From the NCBI GenBank assembly GCA_963674825.1, contig OY771587.1:2624001-2688000 (forward strand): a stretch of DNA of 64,000 nucleotides. Direction: 5' to 3'. A model generated the notes under the pieces. The model was not told the origin of the DNA and did no database searches. It saw only the letters and a list, made by a program, of their open reading frames with translations. The DNA comes from Candidatus Cloacimonadales bacterium. Lineage in GTDB: Bacteria; Cloacimonadota; Cloacimonadia; Cloacimonadales; JAIOQZ01. Numbering within the stretch: position 1 is the stretch's first letter; each line of letters opens with the position of its first letter. Shown here piece after piece: positions 7,934-16,222 of this stretch. The position numbers and the translations under genes were made by a program.

Positions 7934-9460
7934 ATGCAAGAATTCTTAACACGACTCGGCATCAAGGAAGTGAATCCTGGAGCTTATTGCGGACGCTGGC
8001 TGGACACACAGGGCGAAATGATCGAAGTGTACTCACCGGTTGATGATTCTCTGATCGCGAAAGTAAGATCCGCTACCGCGGAAGACTATGACACCGTTGC
8101 CAAAGAAGCGCAGGAAGCCTTCAAGGTATGGCGTATGATCCCGGCACCCAAGCGTGGTGAAATCGTGCGTCAGCTCGGTGAAGCACTGCGTGAGCAGAAA
8201 GAAGACCTGGGCAAGCTCGTTACGCTTGAAATGGGGAAAATTCTCACAGAAGGACTCGGCGAAGTCCAGGAAATGATAGATATGGCTGATTTCTGCGTGG
8301 GACTTTCCCGTCAGCTTTACGGCATGACAACCCATTCCGAACGCCCATACCACCGTATGTACGAACAGTGGCATCCTATGGGTGTAGTCGGCATCATCTC
8401 CGCGTTCAATTTCCCAGTCGCGGTGTGGTCATGGAACGCGTTCATCGCGGCTGTTTGCGGTGACACCATGATTTGGAAACCATCCTCATCAACTCCGCTT
8501 ACCGCCATCGCTGTACAGAACATTGTTCACAAAGTGCTGGAAGCAAACGATATCCCGAAAGGTATCTTTGGAATGGTGATCGGTCGCGGTAGTGTAATCG
8601 GTGAGAAGCTTATCAACGATCCGCAGATTCCGCTCGTTAGCGCAACCGGTAGCTGTGCCATGGGTAAGAGAGTTCATCAGGCTGCGGCAAAGCGCTATGC
8701 TCAGGTGATCCTCGAGCTGGGCGGCAACAATGCTGTTGTCGTGATGGAAGACGCCAATGTCGAGCTCGCTCTCAAGGCAGTGCTCTTTGGCGCAGTGGGA
8801 ACAGCCGGACAGCGCTGTACCTCCACTCGTCGCGTGCTGCTTCACGAAGACCTGCACGACAAGTTTGTCGAATCGCTCAAGAAGGCGTACAGCTCCGTGC
8901 CGATCGGCAATCCGCTGGACAGCAAGACACTTATGGGTCCGCTCGTCGATGGAGCTGCGGTCAAGGCGTACCAGAATGCAATCGAAAAGGTCAAGGAACA
9001 GGGCGGCGAGATCGTCTACGGTGGCGAAGTGATCGAATCCGGTGTGCCGGGTAAGCTCTATGTTAAGCCTACCATCGTGCTGGCGGAGAACGAATGGCAG
9101 ATCGTTCAGGATGAAACATTCGCTCCGATTCTGTACATCATCAAGATCAAGGACATCGACCACGCGATCGAGCTGCACAACGCGGTTCCGCAGGGTCTAT
9201 CATCCTCAATCTTCACCAATAATATGCGCTACAGCGAACGCTTCCTCTCGCATGCCGGTAGTGACTGCGGTATTGCCAACGTCAATATCGGAACTTCCGG
9301 TGCTGAGATCGGCGGTGCGTTCGGTGGTCAGAAAGAAACCGGTGGTGGACGTGAAGCCGGCAGTGATGCCTGGAAGGCCTACATGCGCCGTCAAACCAAC
9401 ACCATCAACTGGTCGACAGAAATTCCGCTCGCACAGGGTGTCAAATTCGATATCGATTGA
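7934..9460 (+). CDS. Aldehyde dehydrogenase family 7 (aminoadipate-semialdehyde / piperideine-6-carboxylate dehydrogenase-like)
   Basis: GIISAFNFPVAVWSWN, LELGGNN, GTAGQRCT, ETFAPILY, SDCGIANVNIGTSGAEIGGAFGG and INWS..PLAQG. Confidence 0.92.
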   Translation: MQEFLTRLGIKEVNPGAYCGRWLDTQGEMIEVYSPVDDSLIAKVRSATAEDYDTVAKEAQEAFKVWRMIPAPKRGEIVRQLGEALREQKEDLGKLVTLEMGKILTEGLGEVQEMIDMADFCVGLSRQLYGMTTHSERPYHRMYEQWHPMGVVGIISAFNFPVAVWSWNAFIAAVCGDTMIWKPSSSTPLTAIAVQNIVHKVLEANDIPKGIFGMVIGRGSVIGEKLINDPQIPLVSATGSCAMGKRVHQAAAKRYAQVILELGGNNAVVVMEDANVELALKAVLFGAVGTAGQRCTSTRRVLLHEDLHDKFVESLKKAYSSVPIGNPLDSKTLMGPLVDGAAVKAYQNAIEKVKEQGGEIVYGGEVIESGVPGKLYVKPTIVLAENEWQIVQDETFAPILYIIKIKDIDHAIELHNAVPQGLSSSIFTNNMRYSERFLSHAGSDCGIANVNIGTSGAEIGGAFGGQKETGGGREAGSDAWKAYMRRQTNTINWSTEIPLAQGVKFDID

Positions 9461-9481
9461 TAAGATCAATTCATACGATAC

Positions 9482-9511
9482 AAGGGAATCCGAAAGGAAT
9501 CCCTTTTTTTT
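9482..9511 (+). terminator. Intrinsic terminator after the ALDH gene
   Basis: AAGGGAATCC-GAAA-GGAATCCCTT stem (one mismatch) followed by a T run. Confidence 0.75.
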
Positions 9512-9529
9512 GTCAATGCTCCTATTAGT

Positions 9530-9692
9530 AGAGCCCTCACCCCAGCCCTCTTCCACAATTGGGCGTGGGAGTATGGCATGTTTGTGTGCTGATGGTATCC
9601 ACGCGCATATTCGCCCGATCCCTCACGCCGTGAATGAACACGCCTTCGTCGTGTAACACCACGGCTGGTGCGATCAAACGAATCTGCTGCGC
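9530..9692. repeat. Composite palindromic intergenic repeat, copy 1
   Basis: Shares CCCTCACCCCAGCCCTC..CCACAA, GCATATTCGCCCGATC, GTGTAACACCACG, ATGAACACG and CGAATCTGCTGCG with 25628-25880. Confidence 0.75.
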
Positions 9693-9772
9693 GGAGGGTG
9701 TGTGGGATCTGAGTTTACTTCGAGTAGGGGAGTGATAAGAGGTGCAGAGCTGGAGCTCGGCGTACCCAGGAG

Positions 9773-9807
9773 AAAAGAAAAAGCGACCCCTTTGAAGAGG
9801 TCGCTTT
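9773..9807 (-). terminator. Intrinsic terminator for the minus-strand GlmL cluster
   Basis: AAAGCGACC...GGTCGCTTT hairpin with a T-rich tail on the minus strand. Confidence 0.75.
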
Positions 9808-9825
9808 GTTGTATGCGAATGTTGT

Positions 9826-10950
9826 TTACTCGGAGATGATCTCGACATTGGCGCGGGGAATCATAACCCGTTCGCCGGTTTCGAGTTCGGCCTCGAGGAT
9901 ACGCACGAGGGTCTCTGATTCGACCTTTGTGAGTTCCTCAGGCATTGCGATGACCTTACCGATCTTACCGAAGTTGGGCTGGCGGATCACGCGTATGACC
10001 TTGCCGACTTCGATCATGGGCAGCTCGGATTCCTGCATTACAAGCTCGTCTTCCCTGAATTCGATCGGCCTGATAATCTCGGGGCGGATAACGCCGGCAC
10101 GAATCTGTGTGAAGCCGTGCATTGAGACGTTCTTACCCTGGAATCTCTTGAGCAGGTCGAAAGTCTTGTTTGCCATCTTGATCGGTCCGAAGCCTTCGGT
10201 AACCACGATGGTGAGTCCGATTTCTTCATGGCCTGTGATGGCGACACCGATGTCGTATCCGAGGAGCTTCTTGAGATCCTGGTCGTGGATACCGCCGGTG
10301 ATGATACCACTCACACCCACTTTCTGTGCTTTCATGATGACTTCGTAAGGCAGCATGGAGCCGGTAACAACGATTTTGCCTTTGTGGCTATCGTTGAGCA
10401 TGTCAGGCTTGAGGACTTCGTCGGCTGTGTTAACGACAACATCGATCTCGGCATTGATTTCGCCGCCGATACCGAAGATACCCTGGATGTAGGATGATTT
10501 ATTCTCGATAACGACGCCCTGCTCGGGGATAACCTCGACCACAACGCCATCGATGAACGCTTTGACTTCAACCGGGATACGCGGTTCGTTGAGAAGAACC
10601 TGGCCAGTGTGCCGGGAGATGCTCTGCACCTCACCCGCCGTGGGTGAGCGGACGGTAGTCTTGAACATACCGAGGAATCCGTTCGTCTGAGCGAGAATCT
10701 GGCCCTGGGTGATCTGGTCGCCTTCTTTCACTCTGAGGTATTGATCTACGAGCTGTGCCGTGACACCCAGCTTGTTCGCCAGGTTGATCGGGACAACTTT
10801 ACCCGGAAGCATGGTGACCGCGACGATCTGGTCGGCTTTGACCTTATCGCCTTTCTTGACCTTAACTTCGCCTTTCAACGGAAGGATTCGTTCTTTACGT
10901 ACGATGGTGCTGTCAGTTACGGCAAGTCCTTGCGAAAATGATTTTCCCAT
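9826..10950 (-). CDS. Conserved hypothetical partner of the GlmL-like ATPase (barrel-sandwich hybrid motifs, C-terminal KOW/SH3-like region)
   Basis: GGGAGG RBS. Repeated GEVKVKKGDKV / LRVKEGDQITQGQILA / SPTAGEV motifs, QGIFGIGG, TEGFG, TQIRAGVIRPE and GKVIRVIRQPNFGKIG. Confidence 0.7.
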   Translation of the reverse strand: MGKSFSQGLAVTDSTIVRKERILPLKGEVKVKKGDKVKADQIVAVTMLPGKVVPINLANKLGVTAQLVDQYLRVKEGDQITQGQILAQTNGFLGMFKTTVRSPTAGEVQSISRHTGQVLLNEPRIPVEVKAFIDGVVVEVIPEQGVVIENKSSYIQGIFGIGGEINAEIDVVVNTADEVLKPDMLNDSHKGKIVVTGSMLPYEVIMKAQKVGVSGIITGGIHDQDLKKLLGYDIGVAITGHEEIGLTIVVTEGFGPIKMANKTFDLLKRFQGKNVSMHGFTQIRAGVIRPEIIRPIEFREDELVMQESELPMIEVGKVIRVIRQPNFGKIGKVIAMPEELTKVESETLVRILEAELETGERVMIPRANVEIISE

Positions 10951-10960
10951 GCGATCCTCC

Positions 10961-12853
10961 CTATTTCAGTATTTCTTCGGGGTACACATCAAGCTCACGC
11001 ATCCACTTCTTCAGAAGTCTACGACGCTCAGCATGATCGGTCGGCAGAACGAACGGATTACGGCCACGTGTATCAATCACGATACCCACGACGCCGCCCC
11101 AGAGGGTGGTTTCCAATTCCTGATTCTTACCGGCACCGATGTCGAGTCCCCGACCCGGTTTAAGTTTAGCTTTGGCGGTTTCGCCGACTCCACACGGAAT
11201 CAGGCGCATCTCGCCGAATGGAATGTCTTCTTTGAATGATTTTCCGCCGGGAAGCTCTATCTCGACGGTCAGTGCGGTTCCCTTGCCCTTGAAGGGGCCA
11301 ACCGGCGCGACGACGGTTCCGAGGTAGATCATACAGTCTTTGTCGAACACTTCGGTCGCAGCTTTTTCGCTGATCTCGGCCAGCACGCCAAGGTGCGGCA
11401 TCATGAAGATACTATCGACGCCAAGGCGGGTGATGCCTTCGGGAAGAAACGCGTCGATCAGCATAAGAACGGTCTGATTACGGCGCGGTGCGTGCGATGC
11501 CACACCACCGGAACCGACCAGCAGGTCGAGAGACATCATGTCAACGATGGTTCCGCCAGAGACGCTCTGGCTGAATGCTTCGGAGATTTCGCGCTTCTTC
11601 TGCGTACCCTTGAGGGTCACGGCAAATTCTTTGTGCTGCACGAATGCGAGCCGCAGCGCTTCCTTGGCGATCGCCTGCTCCAGAACCAGCTCTTCCAGCT
11701 TCTGCGGAATGGTGGTCGGGCGGATCATCTTGTTCTTGATCATGTTGCGCAGTTCGGATTCGTCGATATCGAGCGGAACCCAGCGCAGGATGTTTTCCAG
11801 ACCGGCGGAGGCGAGAACGTTGGAGATCGAGTAACTCATACCCAGGTTCGCGCTCACGGTACGGTTGAAGATGTATTTCGGTGGCTCGCCTTCTTTGACG
11901 TCTTTATCCTTGAATACGGAGAAAACGTCGGTGGTTGCGCCGCCAATGTCCACGCCCAGCACCTCGATGCCTTCATTACGGGCGATGGTTTGCATGATGT
12001 TACCCACAGCAGCCGGAGTCGGCATGATGGGGATATTCTGCAGCTTGCCGTCGAGCGGACCGCGGGTCCACTGCATCAGCTTGTTGTAGCCGGGGGCTTG
12101 CTGCATAACGTGCTCCATGAAAAGATCATGGATTTTGTCGCGCGCTGGTCCGAGGTTTTCCACTTCGAGAGTGGGCCGGATGTTCTCAGTAAGAATCAGG
12201 TCGCTCTTCTCTGCGAGCGTTTCCTTGATGATATCCTGCGCGTCTGTGTTACCTGCGTAAATAACCGGAAGCTTGTAGCTCGAACCGAGGCGCGGCTTGG
12301 GATCCGCGGCTGCGACGAGCTCTGCAAGCTCGGCAACATGCTTCGTGGTACCGCCATCGACCCCCCCCGCCATCAGGATCATATCTGGGCGCAGATGACG
12401 AATACGTTCAATCTTCTCGTAGTTGGCACGCTGATCGTTGCTTGCGATCAGGTCCATCACGATCGCGCCAGCGCCAAGCGCGGCACGTTCGGCACTTTCA
12501 CCCGTCATTCGGGCGACAACACCTGTTACCATCATCTGAAGACCACCACCAGCGCTACTGGTCGATACGTACGCATCGACACCAACATCGCCGTTACGAG
12601 GGATGATGATTTCTTCGTTCTCGATGAACTTGATGTTCTTGTTGCCATACTTGAGCTGCGCAAGCTCTTCAAGCTCCTGCACCGAGTTGATGACACCTTT
12701 GGTCACGTCGTTGAGCGGCGCTTCAACAGTCGTAGGCGCCTCACCGCGAACAGTCTGACGAAATTCGCCATCAACGTACTCGATGAGGATGGCTTTGGTC
12801 GTCGTACTGCCGCAGTCGGTGGCGACAATTCTCCGTAACTGCTCATTTGCCAT
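10961..12853 (-). CDS. GlmL (glutamate mutase L)/OraF-family ASKHA ATPase, putative B12-mutase reactivating factor
   Basis: ATDCGSTTTK, STSSAGGGLQM, GGVDGG, IMPTP, VDIGGATTDVFS and RTVSANLGM. GGAGG RBS before the ATG at 12853. Confidence 0.8.
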   Translation of the reverse strand: MANEQLRRIVATDCGSTTTKAILIEYVDGEFRQTVRGEAPTTVEAPLNDVTKGVINSVQELEELAQLKYGNKNIKFIENEEIIIPRNGDVGVDAYVSTSSAGGGLQMMVTGVVARMTGESAERAALGAGAIVMDLIASNDQRANYEKIERIRHLRPDMILMAGGVDGGTTKHVAELAELVAAADPKPRLGSSYKLPVIYAGNTDAQDIIKETLAEKSDLILTENIRPTLEVENLGPARDKIHDLFMEHVMQQAPGYNKLMQWTRGPLDGKLQNIPIMPTPAAVGNIMQTIARNEGIEVLGVDIGGATTDVFSVFKDKDVKEGEPPKYIFNRTVSANLGMSYSISNVLASAGLENILRWVPLDIDESELRNMIKNKMIRPTTIPQKLEELVLEQAIAKEALRLAFVQHKEFAVTLKGTQKKREISEAFSQSVSGGTIVDMMSLDLLVGSGGVASHAPRRNQTVLMLIDAFLPEGITRLGVDSIFMMPHLGVLAEISEKAATEVFDKDCMIYLGTVVAPVGPFKGKGTALTVEIELPGGKSFKEDIPFGEMRLIPCGVGETAKAKLKPGRGLDIGAGKNQELETTLWGGVVGIVIDTRGRNPFVLPTDHAERRRLLKKWMRELDVYPEEILK

Positions 12854-12894
12854 AGAGTCCTCCATTTATCTGAGAAATTATTCTATACTCTGGT

Positions 12895-13260
12895 TTATGA
12901 TTTCCGGAACAGCCTCTTGAAAAGCTGCTTCATTCTGTTCCTGCGCCGCTTTCGCATAAGTCGAGCCTTTTCGCGCTCTTCCCAATGCATTTCGTGATCG
13001 AGCCGCTCGATTTTCTTTAGCAGCATCTCGATATACTCGTCACGTTCGATCAACGCGGCAAATTCCTGATACTCTTTCGCTTGAAAGAGCAGTTCAGCGA
13101 ACGGCGCAACAAAATACAATGCCTGGCTGCCTAGAAAGTTCAAGGGCTTTAGGGACTCGATACTCATAATCGCTGGAGCTGCCATTTTGCGTTCCACGAT
13201 GAATTTAGCGTATCGATCCGTAAGTTCGTTCGCTCGTTCCTGAGAAATTTCAACTATCAT
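12895..13260 (-). CDS. Conserved hypothetical protein with a basic C-terminus
   Basis: AAGGA RBS and ATG at 13260; contains PAIMSIESLKPLNFLGSQ; co-oriented with the GlmL-like gene. Confidence 0.65.
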   Translation of the reverse strand: MIVEISQERANELTDRYAKFIVERKMAAPAIMSIESLKPLNFLGSQALYFVAPFAELLFQAKEYQEFAALIERDEYIEMLLKKIERLDHEMHWEEREKARLMRKRRRNRMKQLFKRLFRKS

Positions 13261-13290
13261 AGCTATCCTTTGTCGTGTCAAGCAGAATGC

Positions 13291-14025
13291 TTAACTACTA
13301 CTGCCGGCTTTGGCGATCGTCAGCACATTCACGATCCTTGCACCGACATCTTTCAAAGCACCTGCCGCAGAACTTGCGGTAGAGCCTGATGTAAAGACAT
13401 CGTCAACCAGCAGGATCGTCTTGCCGTAAACGTCACTGTGCGTGACGAATGCGTCTTTCAAGTTCGTCTTCCGTTCGTTACGGTTCAGGCTGGTTTGCGT
13501 CTGAGTATAGCGGCAGCGTTTGAGAAGGTCCGGATTGTATTTCCAGCCCATAGTCTGTGCGACACCCTTCGCATAGCGATCAGCCTGATTGTAACCGCGA
13601 TGCCTGCGCCGTACGCTGTGGAGCGGAATCGGCGATACATAATCGATGTGCATATCGAAAGGACGGTAGTGCATCAGGAACGCTACCGATTTCTCAATCA
13701 GACAGTCCGCGATCGTCGGAAGATCGTGATATTTCATTTCGTGAATTATCTTTTGGGTCATTTTGTCAAATGGAAAAACCGATGCCGCGAAATCGAACCG
13801 ATAGTTCATCGACCGGCAATGCGAACATTGGCTTCCCTGCTGTATCGGCGATCCGCACCGAGGGCAAAGCAGTCCTACCGAATAGTCGAGTTGTGAATAA
13901 CAATCTTCGCATAGCCAACCCTCTTCGATATGCTCGCCGCAGCCTATGCAGATGCGAGGAAAGATCAGCGATATCAAATCACTGAAGCCAGTTCTCAATC
14001 GAGTCGAAAATACCTTTCCCGTCAT
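13291..14025 (-). CDS. comF: ComF-family protein (double zinc ribbon + phosphoribosyltransferase); start uncertain
   Basis: Four CxxC pairs, PIPLH..RRRHRGYNQA and LLVDDVFTSGST. Confidence 0.85.
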   Translation of the reverse strand: MTGKVFSTRLRTGFSDLISLIFPRICIGCGEHIEEGWLCEDCYSQLDYSVGLLCPRCGSPIQQGSQCSHCRSMNYRFDFAASVFPFDKMTQKIIHEMKYHDLPTIADCLIEKSVAFLMHYRPFDMHIDYVSPIPLHSVRRRHRGYNQADRYAKGVAQTMGWKYNPDLLKRCRYTQTQTSLNRNERKTNLKDAFVTHSDVYGKTILLVDDVFTSGSTASSAAGALKDVGARIVNVLTIAKAGSSS

Positions 14026-14668
14026 GGCTTGCCACAATGTCCTCCGCCGCACGTTCCGGATGCGGCATCATGCCCAGGATGTTCCCCTTCTCGTTGGAGA
14101 TCCCCGCGATGTTGTAGATCGCGCCGTTTGGGTTGGCAGCTTCGGTAATCTCGCCTTCGGCCGTGCAATAGCGAAACATGATCTGGTCATTGTCCTGTAG
14201 GCGCTTGAGTCCGTCGGCGTCGATGTAGTAGTTGCCTTCCTTGTGTGCGATAGGGATATCCAGCACTTGTCCAGCCTGGAGCTTGTTGGTGAACGGTGTT
14301 CCAGTCTTTTCGCAGCGAATATACTGGTGCTTGCATATGAATTGCAATGACTGGTTCATCATAAGTGCGCCAGGGAGCAGTCCAGTCTCTGTGAGAACCT
14401 GGAATCCGTTGCAGATACCAATGACGATGCCGCCCTTCTCAGCGAACTTCACCACTTCCTGAATGATGGGTGAGAACTTGGCGATCACGCCGGCACGCAG
14501 GTAGTCACCATAAGAAAATCCGCCAGGCAGGATCACCACATCGGGGTTACCAAGGTCGGTCTCTTTATGCCAGACCATATTCGCGCTCTGTCCGCGCAGG
14601 GTAGGGATCCAGATGCTGTCGTGGTCGCAGTTCGAACCGGGAAATTGAATAACGGCGTATCGGATCAT
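13979..14668 (-). CDS. purQ: FGAM synthase glutaminase subunit
   Basis: FPGSNCD, PGGFSYGDYLRAG, GICNGFQ and GMMPHPER. Confidence 0.97.
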   Translation of the reverse strand: MIRYAVIQFPGSNCDHDSIWIPTLRGQSANMVWHKETDLGNPDVVILPGGFSYGDYLRAGVIAKFSPIIQEVVKFAEKGGIVIGICNGFQVLTETGLLPGALMMNQSLQFICKHQYIRCEKTGTPFTNKLQAGQVLDIPIAHKEGNYYIDADGLKRLQDNDQIMFRYCTAEGEITEAANPNGAIYNIAGISNEKGNILGMMPHPERAAEDIVASHDGKGIFDSIENWLQ

Positions 14669-14916
14669 GAGAGCGTTCCTATCTCGTAACGGTAGGTTTC
14701 GGTGTTGGGGTTCGCCAGGATTTTATCGCAGATGGTCTCGATTTCCTGCTCTGCTTCATGCTGCGAACCAGCTTCCAGCTTGATCTCGATATATTTGCTG
14801 ACACGGACATCGGTCACTTTGTTGTAGCCGAGGTTGTTGATGGTCTGCTTGACGACCTTACCCTGAGGATCCAGAACACTGGGCTTCAATGTAACATAAA
14901 CTTTTGCCAGATACAT
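14665..14916 (-). CDS. purS: FGAM synthase PurS subunit
   Basis: VTLKPSVLDPQG...ILANPNTETY; its stop overlaps the purQ start. Confidence 0.95.
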   Translation of the reverse strand: MYLAKVYVTLKPSVLDPQGKVVKQTINNLGYNKVTDVRVSKYIEIKLEAGSQHEAEQEIETICDKILANPNTETYRYEIGTLS

Positions 14917-14918
14917 GA

Positions 14919-15647
14919 TTAGCTTCCTTTTATCTCTTGTTTTATAGTCGATGCATGAAATATTTTAATAATTGCGTACCGAACAAGGCAATACATTACG
15001 TAGAGCCCCATTACAACCATGTACATGAGGTAGGGATAGAAGATGCCGGCGATGATAAGCCCAAGCATTACATAGAATCGGACATCGATATATACTTTCT
15101 TCCATTTCAGTGCGCCAATGCTTAGAAATTCAATATGGCTGATCATCAGCAGTGCGATGACGGGGAGGATAATCAGCAAATATCCTTCCGGGAAATGGAA
15201 TGAATCAAAATGCTGCTCGAAAAGCGTCATGGATGATATGAATCCCGCTGCTGCCGGAATGGGAAGACCATAGAAGTTGTGTTTCTGGCCGTCTCCGGGG
15301 TCATTGAGATTGTAACGCACCAAGCGGTATCCTCCGCAGATAACATAGAAGAAAGCCGTCAATGCACCCAAGATTCCCAAGTGCTCCAGGCCGATCCTGT
15401 AGAATAGATATCCCGGCACCACGCCGAAGGATACGAAATCGACCAGACTGTCGTACTCAGCGCCGAAATTGCTCGTTGCGTGAAGCGCACGGGCTACTTT
15501 ACCGTCGAGCCCGTCGCAGATAATCGCGAAAAGGATAAGCCATGCTGCAGTAGTGTAATGCTCGAGCGTAATCAAATGCAGCGCAGTGAGTGAAAACGCC
15601 AGACTGCATGTCGTGATGACATTGGGGAGCAAATTTCTTATGCTCAA
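14919..15647 (-). CDS. pssA: CDP-alcohol phosphatidyltransferase, PssA type
   Basis: PNVIT, DGLDGKVAR...FGAEYDSLVDFVSFGVVP, RLVRYN and GLPIPAAA. Confidence 0.88.
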   Translation of the reverse strand: MSIRNLLPNVITTCSLAFSLTALHLITLEHYTTAAWLILFAIICDGLDGKVARALHATSNFGAEYDSLVDFVSFGVVPGYLFYRIGLEHLGILGALTAFFYVICGGYRLVRYNLNDPGDGQKHNFYGLPIPAAAGFISSMTLFEQHFDSFHFPEGYLLIILPVIALLMISHIEFLSIGALKWKKVYIDVRFYVMLGLIIAGIFYPYLMYMVVMGLYVMYCLVRYAIIKIFHASTIKQEIKGS

Positions 15648-16222
15648 CTGCGTCTCCCGATGATCGTTTCACCCGCGACGACCTTCTCGCCTGTCGCGAT
15701 ATCAATTGTCCAGCCCTGTGGGAAGATCATCGACGCTGTGCATTTCCCCACGGTCGCACCCTTCATCCTGCCCTGCGTTGTAACCTCGTCGGCGAAAACG
15801 TGGATGTGATTGCCGGTAAGCTCACATTGGACATCCGATCCCTGGAAACCGTAGATCACCTCGTTAATCTTCGTGAAGCTCATGCCAGTCATAAGGCTGC
15901 GGATATCGACATAGTTGAGGGCCTTCTTTTCGATCGTGAGTTTATTGCCTTCAATCGATACGACGGTGCCATGTACCGGAGCAAGGCAAATGCCCGTTTC
16001 CTGCGGCGGCATCGGACGATAGACTCGATGCAGGTATATAATACCGAGGAAAAGAAACAGCCCGACCATTGAAGATATCTTAACATAGTCATTCTCGTAA
16101 TACGAGAAAATCACAAAGCCCAGAACGACCAGCGCGATGGGGAAGATCGCCAGCTTGTATTTTAGACGCTGTACCTGCATCAGCATGGTGGTCGGAGTGA
16201 AGTCTTCCAGTCTGGTGTTCAC
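15644..16222 (-). CDS. Degenerate phosphatidylserine decarboxylase (Psd-A)-like membrane protein
   Basis: Upstream of pssA and translationally coupled. Two TM helices, LAPVHGTVVSI (cf. SPADGKV) and C-terminal GEKVVAGETIIG; lacks the FGS motif. Confidence 0.65.
   Translation of the reverse strand: MNTRLEDFTPTTMLMQVQRLKYKLAIFPIALVVLGFVIFSYYENDYVKISSMVGLFLFLGIIYLHRVYRPMPPQETGICLAPVHGTVVSIEGNKLTIEKKALNYVDIRSLMTGMSFTKINEVIYGFQGSDVQCELTGNHIHVFADEVTTQGRMKGATVGKCTASMIFPQGWTIDIATGEKVVAGETIIGRRS

Noticed and set aside
12361..12368. G8 tract as a phase-variation switch
   Set aside because: Short, in frame, and encodes the conserved AGGVDGG motif; no evidence of slippage.
11393..12838. Long antisense ORFs (also 2141-3127, 20096-21088, 25879-26916, 35658-36962, 47930-49153 and others)
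   Set aside because: Shadows of well-supported genes on the opposite strand, explained by codon bias; no recognisable motifs.
10961..12853. Mismatch-repair MutL partner for mutS
   Set aside because: Name collision only: this is an ASKHA-fold GlmL-type protein, not a GHKL ATPase.
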